Shown: positions 53,325-64,000 of the stretch, in pieces
How positions within the stretch are numbered: the first letter of the stretch is position 1
How the letters are laid out: the number at the start of each line of letters is the position of its first letter
Source: Eledone cirrhosa
Lineage: Eukaryota
Direction of reading: 5' to 3'
Assembly: GCA_964016885.1 (NCBI GenBank)
Contig: OZ024740.1
Coordinates: 107,012,001-107,076,000 of the forward strand
Length of the DNA stretch: 64,000 bases
Position numbers and translations under genes: made by a program
Notes under the pieces: generated by a model
Told to the model about the DNA's origin: nothing
Seen by the model: the letters and a program-made list of their open reading frames with translations, nothing else
The model's database searches: none

Positions 53325-56300
53325 CCAAAATGCTGGGAAGAGAGCACTTCCCTCTCTACCCTGATTTTCCTTTTCAAATGAAATTTGAAAAAGTTAATCA
53401 GGGCATCACCGAAGAGGTAAGTGCTCGTCTTCAGCACTTTCAAACGTGTCCACCATACTATCTCTTTCGCCATGGCCACCAGACAGATAAAAACTGCCTG
53501 CCCTTCCCGGCTAAAGGAAGAGGGCGGGGCAATCCTCACGATGGACTCAGCTGACAGCTGGATCCGTCCTACACGCGACAGCAGGTGTTCGACATAAACC
53601 CACAAGTCAGCAATGCTCGGACACTGGACGAGTACGTGCAAGACGGTTTCGTCGTCCTGCGCGCATCTCGGACATGCCCGGCTGACGGCACCTCCATGCC
53701 TGTAGAGTTTATCCCGAACTAGCAAATCTCCTCGGTAGCACTGCCAGGCCAGGGATTTCTGGAAGTTGTCCATAGGCCCGGGCCCGAAAGTTCTTCCGAA
53801 GAGATTGGCTAGTTGATTTTCGTCGACGCCTAGAGTTTCCCCAAGTACGTCGTCGCTCTTCCCCTCCACTAATCCTCTATAGAACGCCAAGGTGGAGTTT
53901 CCACCGATCACATTGCCCGATTGGTCGAGAGCTGTGAGCGCCTGAAGACATTCCAATCTCCAAGCGCTCCCTCTTCGCTTGACCCAGGACTGCAGCTCCG
54001 TCAAGGAGACGAGCTGGAGAAAGACGCGCCTAGCAAACGGCGACCACACCTGATCACCGTCGAGGAAGAGGTGGAGATGTCGTAGCCTGAGCGCGTGTCT
54101 GCGCATCATAAGCCACGGCATTCCCAGCCCTCCACGTAGCGGGTGTTGACAGCAGATGGACCGCCTAACCATTGGAGCGCGTCCCTTCCACAAAAAGCGA
54201 AAGAGAAAACGCTCCAGCTCAGTCAGGCGGAGCTTAGGACAAGGTACAACGGTCAGGCGGTAGTAGATGACGGACGCGATGTACGCGTTAGCCACCTCCG
54301 CTCGACCTTTTGGCGATAGCTTCCTCTCCGCCCATTTCTGGGGTGGAGAAGCCACCCTGCTCGTCACCTCGTCCCAGTTTTTGTCCGTCTGGAGGTCCGG
54401 ACCGAACCAGAGCCCTAGCAATTTAACCGGTCCGTCCGTCTAGGGCCCGACGACGCTGTTGGACGGTAAGGACCTGCCTCTCCAGGTGCTGAGCTGCAGG
54501 CCCACTGACTTTTCCTGGTTGATCATTGCTCGTGTCACCGCTTCGTATTCACTTATTGTAGTGCCGATCGCCTCGATGTGTTTGGCGTTCGACACCACTA
54601 AGTGACATCGTCCGCATATGCTGACACGGATCTTCCGCATCCTAGTTCGCGTGGGACGCCCCTCAACGTCTCCAGTTTGTGCAGTAATGGCACGAGAGTT
54701 AATACGTACAAGAGAGACGAGAGGGGACATCCTTGGCAGGCCGAGCGCATGATGTTGAACGGTTCCGAAAGGTGACCGTTCACTCTCACCACAGAGCAGA
54801 TGTCGCGGTGCATGGCAGCGATCCAGCCTCATAAGATGGGCCCAAAGCCAGCCGCCCTCAGGACTGCCGCTAGGTAACGATAGTCGACCCTATCGAAAGC
54901 TTTCGACTGATCTAAATTGATCAAGGACCCACCCGTGCCAGGTTCCCTAGCTACCCTCTCTACGATGTATCGCATGAGGTGGAGGTTGTCGTGGATGGAT
55001 CTGTCGGGAATGGCGCATGTCTGCGCCTCTCCCACCAGACCACCAACGACAAGCGCCAACCTCTTTGCTAGCACCTTGGCCAAAATCTTGAACTCTGTGT
55101 TTAGCAGAGTTATGAGCCTGAAATTATCTATGTTATCCCCCTTGTTCGGATCCTTTATCAGCAGCGCCACATTTCTGGCATCTGTACGTAAAGTTCATAG
55201 GGCCGACCATCCAAACCAGGCGATTTACCCCTTGTGCAGCCAGTCATTGCCTCCCGTACTTCAGCGGCTGTTATCGGCTTTTCGCAACACTCCGCCTCAG
55301 TGGCCGAGAGCCACGGCAGTCCGTCGAGGTAGACACTAAAGTCCATCCCTCGATCCGGCCCGCCACTGCCCCCGAAGAGCTGAGCGAAGTGTCGCTGAAA
55401 AGCTTCACACATTTTCCCGGGATCGAGTAGCATGCGCCCGTCGTGGTCCACCAAAGACCGGATCGTGGCTTTGTTGCCACGACGCGCCTCCGCCACTCGG
55501 GCCCATTGAACGGCTTTCGTCCCCTCGTGTCTGAGAGCACGCACCCTAGCTCTGACAACGCAGCCTTCGTGCTTTGCATTGAAGAATTGGTCAAGGGCCA
55601 ATTTCGCCGCAAGTACGTCGGTCGCGATGCCTTTGCTAAGAGCATCGTCTAATTTTCTAACTAGTTCTCCCTCTGCTCTATTTTTCTCTATTGCTAAAGC
55701 CTTACTAAACCTAATGGACTCTATTCTAATCGCTCTTTTCAGAGCAAACCACACTTGTTGTTGACGATGGCCCCCGTCAACACCCGCTTAATTAGTTCGC
55801 TAATCCTGTCTCTGTAGGCCTTGCGCGCTGGTAGGACGCGTTTAGCTTCCAGTAGCCAGGTCCTCGTCTATGAAGCCTATTTAAGTCAAGCACACAGATC
55901 TCGAATTTGTGGTCCGTGTAGCTGACTATCTTGAATTGTGGACAGCCTATGCTAGACCTATCTATTTCCCTACAAAATACTCTATCTAGATATGATCTGG
56001 ATGACTCTATGCGGTTTGTCCAAGTCCACATTGGCACATTCGGAAATCCTATCGGTACCTGTCAGACAGTTCAAAACACCTGAGCAGGTTGGTGAGGCTC
56101 TTGCACCCTCCTCCCCTATCCGCTAATCCCACACAATCCCAGTCGCCCACTAACATTAAAGAACGGGACGTTCCAAGAAAGGTCTCCAGACGCCGGAAGA
56201 AATCAGGCCGCCCTGCTCCTGTCGGGGCATAGACGGCCACTAGCCTGAAAGCTTGCCCGTCTCCGCTGGTCACGTCCAGCACCACCAACTTACCTTCTGG

Positions 56301-58957
56301 GTCCAGGAAGATGGCTCGTATGGCGAGATCCAAACCTCTCCGAAAAAGCACAGCAACTCCTCCCCCCTATGAAGGACGGCTGGTTGATGCGTACACATCG
56401 TAGCCGCCGAAGATCGCTGCGATGGCCCGTGCTTCGGAGATTCTGGTCTCGCTGATGGCCACTACATCTATGTTTAGTGACCTGAGGTCGTTGAGCAGGT
56501 GGCCCTGCTTCCATGACGACCCCAAGCCACGCGCATTTATGCTGCCTATTCTGAGTGAGGTCATGTTGAAATGGAGTGGAAAAGATAGGAAAGACCACTT
56601 ACCTTACTTCTCGTAGAGGAAGGATGGTTTCTCCATCCCTTTTCACTTGATCGTCTGGTGAAGGGACCGTTGAATCGTCCCTTTGGCTGGTCGTCGGCTC
56701 TTCTGTGAGTATATCCGAATATACTCTCCGGTTGAGTGTCCCTCCTAGGTCTCTGAAATCACCAACTGCGTGGGGGAATTTTAATGTTTGTGTATTGCTT
56801 CTGTACTATTCTTACCAGTCTTATGTTTGTTGGTGTTTTGATTGGTGCTGGTATTATGTAGTCGTGCTGTGAAATGTCTGTGTGTTCAATTATGTAAGTC
56901 ATTAGTTTCTTGTTATGTGTATTTATTGCTGTGCATTTGTTTTTCTGGGGGTGGGGTGGGGTTCTGCTATTTTCTTGTCGTTGTTGCTGGGTGTGTGTTT
57001 TGTTGTTGCGTTTGCGATGTTGGTGCTTGTGGTGGTGGTGTTGAAGGTGTTGTTGTTGTTTGCGGTGGGGTTGCCGCCGGTGGTGATGGAGGTGCTAGTG
57101 TGGGTGGTGATGGTGTTGGTGGTGTTGCTGCTGTAAGTCTCTTTGCAGTAGCCTTTACCCTTTTTTCATTTCTTTCCTCCCTTTTCGAAGGCGACGATGC
57201 GCTGCTTCTGCGTTTGTGCCTTCTAACGACCTTTTGCCATCTCTCTCCCACCTCACACTCCATGTCCGATTCTGTGAGGTCGGGAAGGGGTACCAGCTCC
57301 ACTCTTTAAATTGTTGTTGTTGGTGATGTTTGCAGTGGAGTCTCTGTTTCAGCTGCAGTTGGTATTGCTGTTGTTGTTGTTAATACTTCCACTGCTGATG
57401 CTGCTGTTCTTGATTTCCGTGGCGTGGGTATGGGTACCACGGACCTATCCTTCTTGGTTGCCGCCTGTCCTGTTGCTGGTAGCAGTGGAGCCGGTTTTGG
57501 AAGGAGGGGGGTTTCTCCTTTCTCAGGGTCTTCACATTGCAGAAGGCCCTGAGGTGAGTCTTCGATCCACAGCGAAAGCATTTCGGGCGTTTGCCCTCAA
57601 CACTTATGGGCAGTTGAGTGCCGTTATCGAAGTCTATCACATCCGGGATAGCTTCGATGCATTCCTGGTTGGTTTGGATTAACATCTCAATGGAGGTGCC
57701 GACCCAATCTTCTCGTACTTTTTTCTGTACTTGCAGTACAGTTGTTTTGTCCTCAATTCCGACGAGAACAGACGTGGAGGGGGGGGGGGGGGTCAGTTTG
57801 ACCCTCACAATTTTTTGTCCGCAGTAGGAGGGCACCAACACCATTTCCTCGCTTCTTAGGGTCACTAAGAATTGAACCTTTGCCTCCTGGGATGTGGCAA
57901 AAAGCACGTCCACGGTGGCATATTTCTTGCCTCGGGTGATATGCGTTTTCCGCTGCCACACAGACCCTAAGGCTTTTTGTATTTGAGCCTCTGTGGCTCT
58001 TTCAACCCTACGGGATTTTGTGTTTACTGTACTGTACGTGACCGTACAGTGCTGTTGTGTTTCGAAAAAATGTTCGGCTGCCTTGCAGATTGCTCGGTGT
58101 CCGGTTTTCGTCACCATCTTCTTTGCTTCCTGTAATTCCTCATTTGTTATAAGGATGGGTTCCAGGTTCTTTGCGATACCTGCAAAAGAGATTGGTTTTT
58201 CTTTGTTGTTGTTGTTGTTGTTGTTGTTGTCGTCGTCAGAGCTGCTGTTACTTTTGTTGTTGCTGCTGATACTACGACTGCCGCCGCCGCTGTTGATGTG
58301 ATTGTTGTTGTTGTTTCTGCTGTTGCTGTTGTTGTTGCTGTTGCTGCTAATGCTGTTGTTGTTTATGCTGCTGCTGATGCTGTTGCGGCTGCTACTATTG
58401 TTTTCCTTGTCACTCTTGCTGCTGCTGCTGTTATTACGGCTGCTGCTGCTATTATTCATGACGTCAGACGAATGAAATGGCTTTCCGTATTTACCGCACA
58501 CATTTTTCGTCGTTGTCGTCGTCGTGGAGAAAAGTTCCACGATTTGCACGTGCTCTTGGAAACTATCAGAAACTATATTTTTATTTTTCTTTACTGGCGT
58601 CGCTTGCGAAAGAGAAGGGAGGGAGAGAGACACATTTAGAGAACGGAGGGAGAGAGACAATCTTCTCTCTGATGTAGTGACGATTGAGGAAGAAGACGGA
58701 ATGAGTGGGAGTGACTTGTGAAAATTATTTTTTGTAACCATGTTTTTTTTTTTATTTAAAATGAATATTGGGCACAAAACCCCAATAAGCGGTTATTAAA
58801 CCCCGAAGGGCCAAATAACGGGCAGAAAGACCCCTCTCACGAGGAGGAGGGTGTTTTTATCTACAATTTGGTTAAAGTTTTAAACAATTTACAATTGTTA
58901 TAGCGGTTAAAAATTACTATACCTTACAGAGCCCAGCCTCCGTCAACCATGGCATTC
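53325..58957 (-). mobile_element. Tx1/L1-group LINE copy 1: ORF1 with CCHC knuckle, fragmented ORF2 (APE-RT-Zn finger), 3' end lost
   Basis: CFRCGSKTHLRAFC; SINARG..ISETR; YLDRVF, TDH; DQSKAFDRV; YADDVT; CPRC..ETVLHVLVQC; many frameshifts. Confidence 0.92.
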
Positions 58958-58984
58958 AATAATAATAATAATCATCATCACATC

Positions 58985-59631
58985 TGAACAGTAGGAATGC
59001 CATAAGTGCAGTAAATTCCCGAGCTGTGTCTATTATTAGGTACAGTGCGGGAATTCTGAGATGGAATGTTGCTGAACAAAAAGAAATGGATAGGAAGACT
59101 AGGAAGCTATTGACTATCTACAACATGTACCACAAGAGGAGTGATGTCGATAGACTCTACTTAAAGAGATCTGAAGGTGGAAGATGTCTTATCAGCATAG
59201 AGGACTGTGTTCAGATGGAGAAGAACAACCTACACAAATACGTGACCGATAGTAAGGAGCCAATGCTCAGAATTGTACTGGAAGAGAGGACAATAGACCA
59301 GGGGATGTCCAAGGAGGAAATAACAACAAGGAGAAAGAGCAGCCTTCATGAAAAAACCCTTCATAGTACCTTCTTTGAGAAAACGGAATTCAGAGATCCA
59401 CAGACATGGAACTCGTTGAAAAGAGGAGACCTTAAAAAGGCTACAGAAGGAATGCTAATGGCTGCGCAAGAGCAGGCCCTCAAAACGAGAGTGGCTGAAA
59501 CACCATATTTACAAGGAGGAGGCTAGCCCACTGTGCTGGATCTGTGGAGAGAGAGAGGAGACTGTGGCTCACATTGTATCCGAGTGTAAACACCTAGCCC
59601 AGACCCACTATAAAGGGTGGAGACATGATGT

Positions 59632-59632
<1 letters not shown>
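58985..59632 (+). mobile_element. R4/Dong-like (RLE-type) LINE fragment
   Basis: IIRYSAGIL.W..MDRKTRKLLT..H..SDVDRLYLKRSEGGR..TEGMLMAAQEQALKTR; then (other frame) CWICGEREETVAHIVSEC..RHD. Confidence 0.75.

Positions 59633-59635
<3 letters not shown>

Positions 59636-59684
<49 letters not shown>
59636..59684. repeat. (TAA)n microsatellite at the Tx1 3' end
   Basis: Directly visible. Confidence 0.95.
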
Positions 59685-59686
<2 letters not shown>

Positions 59687-62600
59687 TTTCTTTATTAACC
59701 ACAAGGGTTTACATAAAGTAGACATTAAGGACAGTGCAGGACAATGCAGGACGGTACAAATGGGCATTTCTGCGTGTAAAAAAAACAAAAACAGAGGATG
59801 TAACAAAAATAACAATGAAAATAACAATGAAAAATTCCCCAATAGGGGGGAGACTTCGGAGGGACATTTGTGGAGAAAGCCCAGTAAAAAGCCACAATGA
59901 CCCTGACCACCAAGGCAAGTGCCCTCTCCCAGTTTTCCACCTTTAGTTTACAGATATATACTCAGAGTCGGCCCATTCACTCGGGCCATTCTTGCTTCTC
60001 TCACCCATCTTTCAACAAAATGCTGGGAAGAGAGCACTTCCTTCTCTACTCTGATTTTTCTTTTCAAATGAAATTTGAAAAAGTCAATCAGAGCATCACC
60101 GAAGAGGTAAGTGCTCGTCTTCAGCCCTTTCAAACGTGTCCACCATACTATCTCTTTCGCCATGGCCACCAGACAGATAAAAACTGCCTGCCCTTCCCGG
60201 CTAAAGGAGGAGGGCGGGTCAATCCTCACGATAGACTCAGATGATAGCTGGATCCGTCCTAAACGCGACAGCAGGTGTTCGACATAAACCCACAAGTCAG
60301 CAATTTTCGGACACTGGACGAGTGCGTGCAGGACGGTTTCGTCGCCCTGCGCGCATCTCGGACATGCCCGGCTGACGGCACCTCCATGCCTGTAGAGTTT
60401 ATCCCGAACTGGCAAGGCTCCTCGGTAGCACTGCCAGGCCAGAGATTTCTGGAAGTTGTCCATAGGCCCTGGCCCGAAAGTTCTTCCGAAGAGATTGGCT
60501 AGTTGATTTTCGTCGACGCCTAGAGTTTCCCCAAGTACGTCGTCGCTCTTCCCCTCCACTAATCCTCTATAGAACGCCGAGGTGGAGTTTCCACCGATCA
60601 CATTGCCCGATTGGTCGAGGGCTGTGAGCGCCTGAAGACATTCCAGTCTCCAGGCGCTCCCTCTCGGTCTTCGCTTGACCCAGGACTGCAGCTCCGTCAA
60701 GGAAACGAGCTGGGGAAAAACGCGTCTAGCAAACGGCGACCACACCTGATCACCGTCGAGGAAGAGGTGGAGATGTCGTAGCCTGAGCGCGTGCCTGCGC
60801 ATCATCAGCCACGGCATGCCCAGCCCTCCACGTAGCGGGTGTTGACAACAGATGGACCGCCTGACCATCGGAGCACGTCCCTTCCACAAAAAGCGAAAGA
60901 GCAAACGCTCCAGCGCAGTCAGGCGAGGCTTAGGACAAGGTACGACGGTTAGGCGGTAGCAGATGACAGACGCGATGTACGCGTTAGCCACCTCCGCTCG
61001 ACCTTTCAGGGATAGCTTCCTCTCGGCCCATTTCTGGGTGAGAGAAGCCACCCTGCTCGTCACCTCGTCCCAGTTTTTGTCCGTCTGGAGGTCCGGACCG
61101 AACCAGACCCCTAGCAATTTAACCGGTCCGTCTGTCCAGCGTCCGACGACGCTGTTGGACGGCATGGACCTGCCTCTCCAGGTGCCGAGCTGCAGGCCCA
61201 CTGACTTTTCCTGGTTGATCATTGCTCCTGTCACCGCTTCGTATTCTCTTAGTGTAGTGCCGATCGCCTCGATGTGTTTGGCGTTCGACACCACTACGGT
61301 GACATCGTCCGCATATGCTGACATGGATCTTCCGCATACTAGTTCGCGCGGGACGCCCCTCAACGTCTCCAGTTTGTGCAGTAATGGCTCGAGAGTCAAT
61401 ACGTACAAGAGGGACGAGAGGGGACATCCTTGGCGGACCGAGCGCATGATGTTGAACGGTTCCGACAGGTGACCGTTCACTCTCACCACAGAGCAGATGT
61501 CGCTGTGCATGGCAGCGATCCAGCCTCGTAAGACGGGCCCAAAGCCAGCCGCCCTCAGTACTTCCGCTAGGTAACGATGGTCGACCCTATCGAAAGCTTT
61601 CGACTGATCTAAATTGATCAAGGACCCACCCGTGCATGTCTGCGCCTCTCCCACCAGACCACCAACGACAAGCGCCAACCTCTTTGCTAGTACCTTGGCC
61701 AAAATCTTGAACTCTGTGTTTAGCAGAGTTATGGGCCGGAAATTATCTATGTTATCCCCCTTGTTCGGATCCTTTCTCAGCAGTCCCACCGCTCCTCGGC
61801 TCACAGAACTGGGAATTCTCCCGGTCTGTTGCCAATTGCAGTAGACGTCCGCCAAGAGGCCTCCGAACAAGTCTGGCATCTGTACGTAAAGTTCATAGGG
61901 CAGACCATCCAAACCAGGCGATTTACCCCTTGTGCAACCTGTCATTGCCTCCCTTACTTCAGCGGCTGTTATCGGCTTTTCGCAACACTTCGCCTCAGTG
62001 GCCGCGGCAGTCCGTCGGCAGTCCGTGGCAGTCCGTCGAGGTAGACACTAAAGTCCATCCCTCGACCCGGCCCACCGCTGCCCCCGAACAGCTGAGCGAA
62101 GTGTCGCTGAAAAGCTTCACACATTTTCCCGGGATCGAGTAGCATGCGCCCGTCGTGGTCCACCAAAGACCGGATCGTGGCTTTGTTGCCACGACGCGCC
62201 TCCGCCACTCGGGCCCATTGAACGGCTTTCGTCCCCTCGTGTCTGAGAGCACGCACCCTTGCTCTGACAACGCAGCATTCGTGCTTTGCATTGAAGAATT
62301 GGTCAAGGGCCAATTTCGCCGCAAGCACGTCGGTCGCAATGCCTTTGCTAAGCGCCTCGTCTAATTTTCTAACTAGTTCTCCCTCTGCTCTATTTTTCTC
62401 TATTGCTAAAGCCTTACTAAACATAATGGATTCTATTCTAATCGCTCTTTTCAGAGCAAACCACCACTTGTTGTTGACGATGGCCCCCGTCAACGCTCGC
62501 TTAACTAGTTCGCTAATCCGGTCTCTGTAGGCCTTGCGCGCTGGTAAGGACGCGTTTAGCTTCCAGTAGCCAGGTCCTCGTCTATGAAGCCTATCTAATT

Positions 62601-64000
62601 CAAGCACACAGATCACGAATTTGTGGTCCGTGTAGCTGACTATCTTGAATTGTGGACAGCCTATGCTAGACCTATCTATTTCCCTACAAAATACTCTATC
62701 TAGATATGATCTGGATGACCCTATGCGATTTGTCCAAGTCCACATTGGCACATTCGGGAAATCCAATCGGTACCTGTCAGACAGTTCAAAACGCCTGAAC
62801 AGGTTGGTGAGGCTCTTGCACCCTCCACCCCTATCCGCTAATCCCACACAGTCCCAGCGTGCATCTAAGATCCCGTTCCAGTCGCCCACTAACACTAAAG
62901 AGCGGGACGTTCCAAGAAAGGTCTCCAGACGCCGGAAGAAATCAGGCCGCCCTGCTCCTGTCGGGGCATAGACGGCCACTAGCCTGAAAGCTTGCCCGTC
63001 TCCGCTGGTCACGTCCAGCACCACCAGCTTACCTACTGGGTCCAGGAAGATGGCCCGTATGGCGAGATCCAAACCTCTCCGAAAAAGCACAGCAACTCCT
63101 CCCCCCGATCCAGGACGGCCGGGAGATGCGTACACATCGTAGCCGCCAAAAATCGGTGCGAAGGCCCGTGCTTCGGAGATTCTGGTCTCGCTAATGGCCA
63201 CTACATCTATGTTTAGTGACCTGAGGTCGTTGAGCAGGTGACCCTGCTTCCATGATGACCCCCAGCCACGCGCATTTATGCTGCCTATTCTGAGTGAGGT
63301 CATGTTTAAAATAGAGTGGAAAAGATGGGAAAGACCACTTACCGTACTTTTGGTAGAGGAGGGATGGTTTTTACATCCCTTTTCACTTGATCGTCTGGTG
63401 AATCGTCCCTTCGGCTGGTCGTCGGCTCTTCTAAGAGAATGTCTGAATATACTCTTCGATTGATAGTTCCTCCTAGGTCCCTGAAATCACCAACTGCGTT
63501 GGGGAATTTCGTTTGAATGTTTGTGTATTGTTTCTGTGCTATTTTTAGCAGTCTTATGTTAGTTGGCGTTTTGATTGGTGCTGGTATTATGTAGTCGTGT
63601 TGTGAAATGTCTGTGTGTTCAATTATGTAAGTCATTAGTTTCTTGTTGTGTGTATTTATTGCCGTGCATTTGTTTTTCTGGGGGTGAGGTGGGGTTCTGC
63701 TATTTTCTTGTCGTTGTTGCTGGGTGTGTGGGTTTTGTTGTTGTGTTTGCGATGTTGGTGCTTGTGGTGGTGGTGTTGAAGGTGTTGTTGGCGGTGGGGT
63801 TGTCGCCGGTGGTGATGGTGGTGCTAGTGTGGGTGGTGATGGTGTTGGTGGTGATGGTGTTGGTGGTGTTGCTGCTGTGAGTCTCTTTGCAGTAGCCTTT
63901 ACCCTTTTTTCATTTCTTTCCTCCCTTTTCGAAGGCGACGATGCGCTGCTTCTGCGTTTGTGCCTTCTTACGACCTTTTGCCATCCCTCTCCCACCTCAC
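59685..64000 (-). mobile_element. Tx1/L1-group LINE copy 2 (continues beyond window): ORF2 63303-59948 with one frameshift and an RT deletion; intact 3' UTR
   Basis: APE motifs, VRQGCPLS, YADDVT, Zn finger; AATAAA then gaaatc(ATT)n; frameshift from ggcagtccgt duplication at ~62005-62037; ~26 aa missing after AQTC relative to copy 1. Confidence 0.93.

Overview
This is AT-rich, microsatellite-dense eukaryotic DNA, not prokaryotic. The SINE repertoire resembles octopus/cephalopod DNA (inference). Two tandem, minus-strand, intron-split paralogues of a classical short-chain dehydrogenase/reductase (SDR9C/RDH/HSD17B6/BDH1-like) can be reconstructed: gene B (5 exons, 45864->42101, 416 aa) and gene A (4 exons found, 32066->12446, 361 aa). 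The paralogues are well diverged except for catalytic exon 3, which lies in a tract that is 350/351 nt identical. Gene A also has a damaged Rossmann motif and apparently lacks exon 4. The rest is transposon-derived: Penelope-like (GIY-YIG) fragments, two Tx1/L1-type LINEs at (TAA)n repeats around an R4/Dong-like fragment, RTE and CR1 fragments, a young non-autonomous LTR element with a tRNA-Trp PBS, Helitrons, MITEs and SINEs. The ORF track misses a dense set (about 15) of type I hammerhead ribozyme motifs in Penelope pseudo-LTR-like tandem and inverted repeats sitting in (TA)n tracts. These include a 591-nt tandem unit bounded by two hammerheads and several with a compensatory U3-A8 core. All coordinates and pairings were read by hand; TE boundaries are approximate.
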